Positions 1-7,567 of a stretch of DNA of 12,596 nt are shown in pieces (positions within the stretch are counted from its first letter, which is position 1; every line of letters starts with the position of its first letter). The translations under genes were made by a program, and so were the position numbers. The notes below the pieces were generated by a model. The model saw nothing but the letters and a program-made list of their open reading frames with translations, searched no databases and had not been told where the DNA came from. The stretch comes from Amoebidium appalachense (Eukaryota > Protista > Ichthyosporea). Location of the stretch: assembly GCA_963693365.1 (NCBI GenBank), contig CAVNZM010000082.1, forward strand, positions 1 through 12,596, given 5' to 3'.

Positions 1-1917
1 TTGAAGCCGGAGCATGACGGTGTACTCGCCGTGGATGGGCGTGCCGTGCTCGTCCTCCAACTGCACGCCGATGTTGTTGATCGCCCCGTAGGGCATGAGC
101 GAAACAAACACGGGTGTGTTGGGCTCGTACAGGTCGTTCGTGGCTTTGTCCGAGGGGATGACCGCCAGTGGGCGCTGTCCGGCCACCTGCCCGATGACCC
201 GGGCGTTGTTCACGATCAGATACACGAAGAGGCGGCGCGGAGACGACGCGTCTTTGGTGTAGGGGATTCCGTGCATCATGCCCGTGGCGTAGCCGTACGG
301 CCCCGGGAAGGTCGCGGCAAACATGTCCAGCAGGCTGGGTCCGCATGCGCTTGGGTCGTAGCTGGTGAGCCCGTTGCGAAAGCCGAGCGAACGGGCGGCG
401 GAGCCGGACAGCGTGAACCTTGCACAGCGGATGCCCGCGATGACGGCCACCGCGAAGCGGTACACCGCCTGGAGGTTCGAGAACGACGGGACGACGGCCA
501 CGGAGAGTCTTGGGCCAATGGTGCGTGCGTAGTGCATCGGGTTCCCGATGACGCCATTGATAATGTCCAGCCAATCGGCCGCGGTCGTTGGCTTCGTGTG
601 GGGGAATGCGGATACGTACATGCTGGCCAGATCGAACACACACGGCGGAATGTTGTCGTACACCGAGAGGCCCGCGAACGTGTCCCGCGACGCGTCGTGC
701 AGCCCCAGGGGTTGGGGCGCAGCCGTCACTATCTCGCGTGCGATGTCTTCGGTGCAGCGCACCTTGAAGTGGTATAAATTGCCGTCTCCGCCCGGCCTGG
801 ATTGCAGGCGCCAGTCCGCCCAGGCGTGACTGTATGGCACGAGCTGTTCCGGAACGACGGGTGTGGTGGCCACGGGTGGGATCTTTTTGGACCCGTTCGC
901 CAGGGCGGCGGCCCCGTCCGTGTATATGCTCGTGGCGTCCGCTGTGTAGACTCTCCTGAGGGGACCTGCCGAAGGGTCTATTTCCGTTTCCGGCTCGACC
1001 GAGGCTCTGTCAAACACGACGACACGAACGGAGAAGTTCTCGCCAATCGCATACAAAGCGATACGAAGCGAGTAGGACGGCTGTCCCTTGCAGACCTTTT
1101 CGGCGGCGGTGAAGATGTTGCACAGCACCTTGGCCGGCCAGGTCATGGCGTCGGTGGTTGTGTCCACTGTCAAATCGAGGGTATACCATTCGTCGTACAA
1201 GGGAAACCCCCCTTCCGCACCCGTGTGTAGTGTTGGGGGGGCGTATGATGTCAGCGGTAGTTCGGGGGTCTTGTAGGGTATGACCAGCGTTCGCGTGTGC
1301 CCCCCTGTGAAGATGACCTCGTCGGGTCCCAGTCGGTCGATAGGCACCGAGGCGACGAGTGCGACCCCCGGGCGGATTGCCGCGTCCAGTACAAAGAGTA
1401 CACAACCCACCACACGCATGCGGCCTATTTTTTCTGCGAGACTGTACGGCCCCGTGTACTCTATTTCCAGTTTGTATGATGGGTTGACGATGGCGATCCC
1501 CCTTGCAAGTGATACCGGCGGGTACGCAAGACATACCCCGCCCGCAAACGCGCCCAGTGGCTGTCGACGTGGCTTGTTCAGTTTCTCCTCCAACGTCTTT
1601 GCCAGATCGGCAATGGTGTAGATACCGTGCGGTATCTTCAGCGCGAGGCTGTCCTGGATGTCGCCTATCTCGACACCCACGTGCAACGAGTCCGTCGCGG
1701 GCCCGATTGTGCACATAGAGTGGATGGTAAAGTGCTCGAGGCTACAAGACCTCTTTGTCCCGGTTATGACGTCCTGTGTGACCTGCGATCCAGGTTGACC
1801 CGCGTTGCACAGCGCGACGCTTTCGTATGTCGAAGGCGGCGGAGGCTTCTTCCTGGCCGCAGCGGGTCGCCTGAGGAGGGCCAGCTCGCGCTCGATGTTC
1901 TGTGTGGCAATACTCAT
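1..1917 (-). CDS. Minor capsid (penton-like) protein of Polinton/PLV type with a large central insertion; 3'-partial, >=639 aa
   Basis: Hand-translated; not in the ORF track. ATG at 1917-1915 (context ACAACCATG), no stop down to base 1. N-terminal SLEHFTIHSMCTIGPATDSLHV..LKIPHGIYTIADLAKTLEEKLN, internal SAARSLGF, and C-terminal RLFVYL..PLAVIP..LYEPNTPVFVSL..INNIGVQLEDEHGTPI..YTVMLRL match the recalled Polinton/PLV mCP pattern (IPxGxY-helix, LGF, ilavip..YEP..I.i.l.D..G). Confidence 0.8.
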   Translation of the reverse strand, partial: MSIATQNIERELALLRRPAAARKKPPPPSTYESVALCNAGQPGSQVTQDVITGTKRSCSLEHFTIHSMCTIGPATDSLHVGVEIGDIQDSLALKIPHGIYTIADLAKTLEEKLNKPRRQPLGAFAGGVCLAYPPVSLARGIAIVNPSYKLEIEYTGPYSLAEKIGRMRVVGCVLFVLDAAIRPGVALVASVPIDRLGPDEVIFTGGHTRTLVIPYKTPELPLTSYAPPTLHTGAEGGFPLYDEWYTLDLTVDTTTDAMTWPAKVLCNIFTAAEKVCKGQPSYSLRIALYAIGENFSVRVVVFDRASVEPETEIDPSAGPLRRVYTADATSIYTDGAAALANGSKKIPPVATTPVVPEQLVPYSHAWADWRLQSRPGGDGNLYHFKVRCTEDIAREIVTAAPQPLGLHDASRDTFAGLSVYDNIPPCVFDLASMYVSAFPHTKPTTAADWLDIINGVIGNPMHYARTIGPRLSVAVVPSFSNLQAVYRFAVAVIAGIRCARFTLSGSAARSLGFRNGLTSYDPSACGPSLLDMFAATFPGPYGYATGMMHGIPYTKDASSPRRLFVYLIVNNARVIGQVAGQRPLAVIPSDKATNDLYEPNTPVFVSLMPYGAINNIGVQLEDEHGTPIHGEYTVMLRLQ

Positions 1918-1963
1918 GGTTGTTACTCAAGAACATAATTGTGTCTTGCCCCTCGCAGGCACT

Positions 1964-2158
1964 TTACATCACGGGATCCTGTGGGTTGAGGATTACCGAG
2001 ACTGTGGCCGCAACCAACGGCCCAACCGCCGGGTCCCAGTATGCGCTGGTCTTGGTGATGACCTCCCCGTTCTCGGTTGTCCAATCCACTGGCACGTACT
2101 GCAGGTGAAACTCTATCTCTGCGGGCCAACGATTGCCGGTGGGGGTGGCGAGCTCCAT
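1964..2158 (-). CDS. Small hypothetical protein (64 aa)
   Basis: ATG to TAA, G/C-ending codons like the capsid gene, co-oriented directly upstream of it. No recognisable motif. Confidence 0.45.
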   Translation of the reverse strand: MELATPTGNRWPAEIEFHLQYVPVDWTTENGEVITKTSAYWDPAVGPLVAATVSVILNPQDPVM

Positions 2159-2161
2159 AGC

Positions 2162-2449
2162 ATGCAGCCGACAAAAAAATCTGCCCTTACCGTGATGCCT
2201 GGCGTAGTCGCCCTGGCCCCGCCAGAGCCCACCACGACAGACGGATGTTCACCCATGCGCGCCCATGACGCGGCGCGGGGCACCAGTTGGCACGTGTACC
2301 CAGCACGCGACGCGGACCTCATTGCGGACACGGTGACGTCAATGGCCGCCGAGCTCAGGTATGGGCACCGACCGCGTTCCACTGCACCGCGGAATGCGCT
2401 AGCCGGGTATCCGCGAAAGTATTTTGGAGCTTCATACCACTATGGATAG
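2162..2449 (+). CDS. Small hypothetical protein (95 aa, MQPTKKSALT...)
   Basis: ATG at 2162 within track ORF 1805..2449; fills the gap and its stop overlaps the next gene. No motif. Confidence 0.35.
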   Translation: MQPTKKSALTVMPGVVALAPPEPTTTDGCSPMRAHDAARGTSWHVYPARDADLIADTVTSMAAELRYGHRPRSTAPRNALAGYPRKYFGASYHYG

Positions 2450-2645
2450 GAATGATCGGTTGATACGGATGGTGCTATTCGCGGCCCTGGGATTTCTGTT
2501 GTGGCGCGAAGTCAGTGAAACGGAGGACGACACATTTTGGGTGGCGGACGCGGAGACGACGTCGTCGTCATCGCCCATCGTGGACGAGTCGAGCGGGCGA
2601 CCGGTGCTGTTCCAGACCTACCGCTACCAACCGGCGGCTATATAA
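2442..2645 (+). CDS. Small single-pass membrane protein (67 aa)
   Basis: ATG 2442; hydrophobic segment IRMVLFAALGFLLW followed by an acidic/Ser-rich tail. Confidence 0.5.
   Translation: MDRNDRLIRMVLFAALGFLLWREVSETEDDTFWVADAETTSSSSPIVDESSGRPVLFQTYRYQPAAI
2639..2645 (+). promoter_or_regulatory. TATA box (TATATAA) overlapping the stop of the upstream gene
   Basis: GGCTATATAAG about 60 nt upstream of ATG 2706, in otherwise GC-rich DNA. Confidence 0.4.
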
Positions 2646-2705
2646 GCGGATGTGCCTCGCTGGAATCCGCAGACCGCGACCGCGAATGCACAGAACATCG
2701 ACAAC

Positions 2706-3104
2706 ATGGCGACCAATTGCAACGCGTGTGGCCTGGCCGCGTCAACCTGCTCTGCGCAAGCACACGCCCCCCAGCCCACTCTTAACGTGCCCGGCTGTCC
2801 ACTGTTCGAGCTGTCCCAACTACCACCGCTTCCCGACCTGCCGCCCCTTCCCGCCCTTTCGCCCCCACCCCCTGTTCCCCAACTTTCGGGTTGGGGCGAC
2901 ATGGGGTTGTCTAACTACCGTGACTACAAGGAGTCGCTCGAGATTCTCTACCGCATCATGCAGCTCCAGCAACGCGTACACCCCAGCAACCCCGCCAAGC
3001 GCGAGCCGGCCGACAGCCCCGGCCCGAAAAAGCGCCCGGCCCGACGGGTCAAACTGACCGAGCCCGCGTCCGATGTGCACGGCAATGTCGGTTCGCTAGT
3101 ATGA
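2706..3104 (+). CDS. Pro-rich hypothetical protein with N-terminal Cys/His cluster and NLS-like motif (132 aa)
   Basis: ATG 2706 (ACAACATGG); CNACGLAASTCSAQAH, LPPLPDLPPLPALSPPPPVP, C-terminal PKKRPARRVK. Confidence 0.55.
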   Translation: MATNCNACGLAASTCSAQAHAPQPTLNVPGCPLFELSQLPPLPDLPPLPALSPPPPVPQLSGWGDMGLSNYRDYKESLEILYRIMQLQQRVHPSNPAKREPADSPGPKKRPARRVKLTEPASDVHGNVGSLV

Positions 3105-3193
3105 TGTCCGTCACGGACGAGACTTTTATTGTGGTGGACCGCCCTGCAGATATAGTCACCATATTTGATGGATACAAGACTAAAAATACTAAG

Positions 3194-3650
3194 ACGGTTA
3201 TGGAAGATACAAAGAATTAGAGATGGTTAAGGAACTTAAGTACACGGTTATGGAAGATACAAAGAATTAGAGATGGTTATGGAAATTAAGTACACGGTTA
3301 TGGAAGATACAAAGAATTAGAGATGGTTATGGAACATAAGTACCGACGGTTATGGAATATACAAAGAATTAGAGATGGTTATGGAACTTAAGTACACGGT
3401 TATGGAATATACAAGGAATTAGAGATGGTTATGGAAATTAAGTCCACGGTTATGGAATATACAAGGAATTAGAGATGGTTATGGAAATTAAGTCCACGGT
3501 TATGGAATATACAAGGAATTAGAGATGGTTATGGAAATTAAGTACACGGTTATGGAATATACAAGGAATTAGAGATGGTTATGGAACTTAAGTGAGGAAT
3601 AAAAGAACATTATCCCTGTGAAGAAGATGGTTATGGAAATTAAGTCCACG
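3194..3650. repeat. AT-rich tandem array: 8 x 50-bp units plus a partial unit
   Basis: Unit ACGGTTATGGAA(G/T)ATACAA(A/G)GAATTAGAGATGGTTATGGAA(A/C)TTAAGT(A/C)C starting at 3194, 3244, 3294, 3346, 3396, 3446, 3496, 3546; half unit at 3625-3650. Each unit has GGTTATGGAA twice. Confidence 0.97.
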
Positions 3651-3682
3651 AGGCGAATAAAAGAACATTATCCCTGTGAAGA
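3597..3682. repeat. Exact 28-bp direct repeat GAATAAAAGAACATTATCCCTGTGAAGA
   Basis: Copies at 3597-3624 and 3655-3682. It includes the last codons and stop of the minus-strand gene and a plus-strand AATAAA. Confidence 0.95.
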
Positions 3683-4658
3683 CTGTACGTCCGTTGAGAC
3701 TCCGTATGTCATCCAGCAGTTGCATTGTGCGTACCCGTCGTATGTGTTGTTGCACAGAGGGCACGTAAACATGCTCACGGATGTGTTGTAGAAAATCGGG
3801 CTGCCATCGTAGGTCACGGCGAAGGCGTCGGTATCCTCGAGTACAAACTGCCCCTGAAAATCGACTGGTGTTAAAGGGACGTGGGTTGTGATGGTGGTGT
3901 CCGCGGGCGTTTGCTGGTAGGGTATGGTGGGTAGCTGTGGGAGTTCGTTTGTCGGGTACACGAACCCGCCTGTGTTGGTGTGGGGGGGCGCCGACTGCGG
4001 TGGTGTGGGTGGGAACGGCGATAATGGTTCAGGGCAGGTGGCCGTATCACGAATAGGCTGGAAAGTGAGTGGCGGAAGCTTTTCGAGGTAGCCAAAGTCG
4101 ATGGGCACGCTGGTCTTGGCAAGAATATTCTTGTGGGGGTTCGCCGCGGCGGCTCGTCTGACGGCTTGTTCGAATGTGTTTTTTCTTTCCGGTGTCATCG
4201 TCACCTTGTATGCCACGGAGAGGTCATAGACAAACCGAAACACTTCAGAGTGCTGGTGGTAGTTGGGGCGATCCGATTTGTTAGTGTTCATCACGACATT
4301 GGGGCTATGCATCAGTGCGAAGGCCACCGTGATGTCCGTGAGCGTGGCGTCAAAGTGTTCTTGCGGAACGGATCCTTGTGCAGGCTCAAACACATCACCA
4401 AACATGGGCGAGACCTCCCTGTAGCCCATGAAGCAGCTAAGGTCATGAGGGCTGCACGTCTCATCTGGGCCCCCGCATATGACCGCCTTGACGATGCGGA
4501 CAAACAGCCCCGGGGGACGACCATATGTCTACCTTGCCGCTGGCGAAAGACTTCTGTGCATGCGATGGCACCTTGGGGAGTTTCAGTTTCTTTGCCTCCG
4601 TCGGAGTAACGTCCACCGTTTTCCATAGTGCGGGTGTGACGATGTCTTTCTTGGTCAT
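3668..4658 (-). CDS. Hypothetical protein (~329 aa) with Pro-rich/acidic region and C-terminal Cys4 motif; one apparent frameshift near 4512-4516
   Basis: Track ORFs 4461..4658 and 3668..4429 join (..KVDIWSSP-GLFVRIVKAVICGG..CFMGYREV..) if one G is removed from the G5 run at 4512-4516. Start context ACACCATG; upstream TATA. C-terminus CPLCNNTYDGYAQCNC. Confidence 0.65.
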
Positions 4659-4723
4659 GGTGTCTACTGCTGAGAATTACGGCATGCGGCACCATGTTTT
4701 CTGCCATTCCATTGCACTGTACC

Positions 4724-4833
4724 TTTTATAGTCGCATGGATGCTGTTGTGCGGTGCAGCATCTCAAGCCCTGCCAAATAAGGCCATGCTGGGAGATTCGA
4801 TTGGACCTGCCGAAGCTTCTAATCCGCTATTGG
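4724..4833 (-). promoter_or_regulatory. Pol II-type promoter: TATAAAA, CArG box, two CCAAT boxes
   Basis: Minus-strand TATAAAA 4730-4724; CCAAATAAGG (CC[A/T]6GG) 4773-4782; minus-strand CCAAT at 4804-4800 and 4833-4829, in canonical order upstream of ATG 4658. Confidence 0.55.
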
Positions 4834-5130
4834 ATGACATACCGAGCGAGCACCCGATCCCATTAGACAAAAGTCATCGAGGAGCCTCAGACCAATCTCT
4901 AACATAAAATGGGCTCACCTACATGCCTGTGTGATTAAGCAATTAGGCAGTTCTTATAGCCACGGGATGAAATTCGACAATTTATAGAAATAAGAAAACG
5001 CTTTCAGTTTTGTCGATTTTTTGGTTCGGTGTAGTCGTTTTTAATGCGTGCTTTGTGGTACAACACGCGATGTTTCGAATAGAACAGGCACATGCTGGTA
5101 TGCCATCAGGTTGAGGAAAGCTTCGTTGTG

Positions 5131-5301
5131 CGTGCGCCCTACAATGTACGTGCCCTACTATGCCCCACGTAATTTCCAGGAATGTAACGTGCGCCCTACG
5201 ATGTACGTGCCCTACTATCCCCCACGTAATTTCCGGGAATGTAACGTTGCGCCCTACTATGCCCCACGTAATTTCCCGGAATGTAACGCTTCCAGGAATG
5301 T
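5131..5301. repeat. Tandem repeat: two ~57-bp units, one shortened unit and a final fragment
   Basis: CGTGCGCCCTACRATGTACGTGCCCTACTATSCCCCACGTAATTTCCNGGAATGTAA repeated from 5131 and 5188, shortened copy ~5248-5288, terminal TTCCAGGAATGT. Confidence 0.95.
5174..5298. promoter_or_regulatory. Four TTCCNGGAA palindromes (STAT/GAS consensus), putative enhancer
   Basis: TTCCAGGAA 5174-5182, TTCCGGGAA 5231-5239, TTCCCGGAA 5273-5281, TTCCAGGAA 5290-5298, in a divergent intergenic region. Each is followed by TGT, giving GGAATGT (TEAD-like). Confidence 0.5.
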
Positions 5302-5634
5302 TGTCGCGGTACAACGATGAAGAACTGCCTTCGCCCTGTTGTATTCTGTTGTGTTATTTCTGTCGAAAGTCTGTTTTTCGATCGATCGCCATTGGATGAC
5401 AGTTTTGTGCATTCTGGTGCCAAAGCGCTTGTTCATTGGACATACCCTTTCATAGCCAATCAATCGCGTACTCGAATGTTCTGCCTCGTTTGTAGACAAG
5501 CCGTCACACGCGGTCCTGTCATCATATTCCCGTTTTCGGTATCGCAGGTGTTGTTTCGACACGATCCGTCATTTCATTTGTACACGTTTTCGTTTTTTTT
5601 TTGGGGGGGGGGGTTAGTGTGTGCTGCGGAAGCG

Positions 5635-6186
5635 ATGGACATGTACGATGCTTTCTATGATGTATCTAGGTATGCTTCGAATCACCACGCCGTGGGCCTT
5701 TGTGGTTTGCCGGGGTTTATAGATGTAGTTCAGGTTGACTATGTGTCGCATATACCAACTCTACCGGGTATATCGGTGCATCTCGTGGAAAGGGGCGGAG
5801 TCTGGCAGCTCAGAGAGACACTTACGACGGGGGCAACAAAACATATCGATAACGTTACCCCTCGAGACTTTCTTCCTTTGTACCCCGAATTCTACCGCCC
5901 GATAGGGGCATATTTGCATGTGCTCTCTTGTTGTGGCGTCAGGCTCTTGCGGCAGGCCTTGAATTTCGACGACGGTATGTACATCTGTGGCTTTGGGTCT
6001 GTGGCCCTCGGCCATGATCGCCTTTTGGGGTGTATTTTGAACGTGGCCGACGCCAAGTACGTTGATTGGGATCAAACGGGGCTGTTTACGAGAAATGGTC
6101 GTTTCTATTCAATAGACGAGATTTGCGACACGGCCGAGTCCTTGGGTGATCTATATGTATATTTAGAGTTTTGGTTTACTCTGTAG
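5635..6186 (+). CDS. Hypothetical protein (183 aa, MDMYDAFY...)
   Basis: 3' part of track ORF 5317..6186 reads as globular protein. The 5' extension crosses a T10G11 run and CCAAT motifs (AGCCAATCA 5454-5462), so a start at 5635 is preferred. Confidence 0.55.
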   Translation: MDMYDAFYDVSRYASNHHAVGLCGLPGFIDVVQVDYVSHIPTLPGISVHLVERGGVWQLRETLTTGATKHIDNVTPRDFLPLYPEFYRPIGAYLHVLSCCGVRLLRQALNFDDGMYICGFGSVALGHDRLLGCILNVADAKYVDWDQTGLFTRNGRFYSIDEICDTAESLGDLYVYLEFWFTL

Positions 6187-6319
6187 TGATTTGATTGGTT
6201 TGTGACTCGTGAGCCACTTTGGCTGGGTTGTACAATTGCAAGTGTTGGGCTGTGATTGCGTCATCAGGGACGCTGTAAAAAAGGCACAACCCGCAGTGCA
6301 AGAGGTGATAACATCAAGT

Positions 6320-7186
6320 ATGCAGCTTCACGATTTTGATCACCCCATGGCCCTACCATTGCGGTATTCGCTTTCTCGCCCCACCGCGACCACCCCGACC
6401 GGCGCAATGACATTCGATGTGTTTTGGCAACATTTGGTCGAGCTGACTGAAGATGCGCTCTGGTGTCATACCGAGGTGGCTATGTGGAAGTGCGTGGCGC
6501 GAGCAGAAACGAGTTGGGCCACCGGTCTTACGCCGACAGGCGGTGCGGAGTTGTGCAGAGTGCTGGGGTTGCCCACTGATATCGCTGAGACGGCCCTGGG
6601 CGAACTAAGCAAACGACTGGCTCCGAAGGCCGGTGACGTCCTCGAGGCGTTCCGTGTGATTATGAGCTGTGAGTATTGGCTGTGTGTGGGGCGTTGGGTG
6701 CTGACTGCGGCTAATAACGACCCCTGCCCCGCCGAGCTTGTTGACATATTGGGAGTATCGGGGTATCGCGGATTTTTTTCATGGGGTGATGCAATCGAGC
6801 AGTTTGGATCGTTGGGCTCTTCCGCGTCTGTAGCACACCGACTCACCGAATACCTGCTCGTTTGCCAAAACAGTGCCTGGATTGGGTTCGCACCGGTCGG
6901 TGATGCCGCGATCGTGGAGGCCTTGTATAGGCTCCACTGGAGTCTGTCGGCTACATTTCGGAGTGGTAGGGAGTCCGTGTTTGTTAATTTTTTCGCCGAG
7001 TATCGGGTGAAGACGCGGGCGGTCATATCTACCATCTGTAGGGGGCTGGATGATTGTATAGAGACATCTATGAGGAAATCACTATTCAATTTGCGTGCAC
7101 TTGGAGCGGTAATAGCGGACAACCGCACCACCCTTCTTCTTAGATCCTATTTGGTCGTGGTTCGAAAATGTGTGCTGCCTAAGTAG
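6320..7186 (+). CDS. Hypothetical, probably alpha-helical protein (288 aa)
   Basis: First ATG of track ORF 6209..7186; preceded by GATTGG and TTGCGTCA motifs. No family recognised. Confidence 0.65.
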   Translation: MQLHDFDHPMALPLRYSLSRPTATTPTGAMTFDVFWQHLVELTEDALWCHTEVAMWKCVARAETSWATGLTPTGGAELCRVLGLPTDIAETALGELSKRLAPKAGDVLEAFRVIMSCEYWLCVGRWVLTAANNDPCPAELVDILGVSGYRGFFSWGDAIEQFGSLGSSASVAHRLTEYLLVCQNSAWIGFAPVGDAAIVEALYRLHWSLSATFRSGRESVFVNFFAEYRVKTRAVISTICRGLDDCIETSMRKSLFNLRALGAVIADNRTTLLLRSYLVVVRKCVLPK

Positions 7187-7567
7187 ATGTCCCCCAGTGT
7201 ATGTGACGTTGATTCGATATTACGCGATGCATCCTTGTTGTGTGCGTTCCGGAACTTTCTAAGGGCGGAATATGCCGATGAAAATATAAACTTTCTTGAC
7301 GCGTTGGCACGTTATAGATCCCATCCCTCCAATGCAATGTCCCGTCTTGTGTACGACTGGTTTGTGGCACTGGATGCCCCATTTTCGATCAATATATCGG
7401 GTCGGTCCCGTTCTCTCGCCCCGCATGACCAATTTGTCGGTGCAGAACGCGAGGTTCGTGCAATGTTATTAGATGACAAGATACCCAGGTTTATTGAGCA
7501 GTATGGTTTGAGGCAAGGCTGTGACCATCAAGGCCCTTTTTCATTGCCGGGAAGTGAATGTTCGTAA
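7187..7567 (+). CDS. Stand-alone RGS (regulator of G-protein signalling) domain protein (126 aa)
   Basis: SILRD..LLCAFRNFLRAEYADENINFL, VYDWFVALDAPFSINIS, FVGAEREVRAMLLDDKIPRF match the RGS consensus (F..FL..E.s.EN..F; Iy..fi...ap..iNi; F..a..ev..ll..d..prF). Confidence 0.92.
   Translation: MSPSVCDVDSILRDASLLCAFRNFLRAEYADENINFLDALARYRSHPSNAMSRLVYDWFVALDAPFSINISGRSRSLAPHDQFVGAEREVRAMLLDDKIPRFIEQYGLRQGCDHQGPFSLPGSECS

Noticed and set aside
1-1938. Plus-strand ORFs (1..777, 802..1230, 1627..1938 etc.) and minus ORFs 276..641, 1010..1714
   Set aside because: Antisense or off-frame shadows of the long minus-strand capsid ORF.
3194-3650. CRISPR array
   Set aside because: Intervening sequences are near-identical rather than unique spacers, there are no cas genes, and the context is eukaryotic.
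4982-5562. ORFs through the 57-bp repeat (e.g. EITWGIVG repeats)
   Set aside because: Unit length is a multiple of 3, so several frames on both strands stay open; no coding signature. Better explained as regulatory DNA.
2442-7567. Alternative genetic code (TAA/TAG = Gln), suggested by in-frame stops at 2643 and 7184
   Set aside because: The long capsid and helicase frames use many CAA/CAG and no internal TAR. The TAA at 2643 is part of a TATA-like box.
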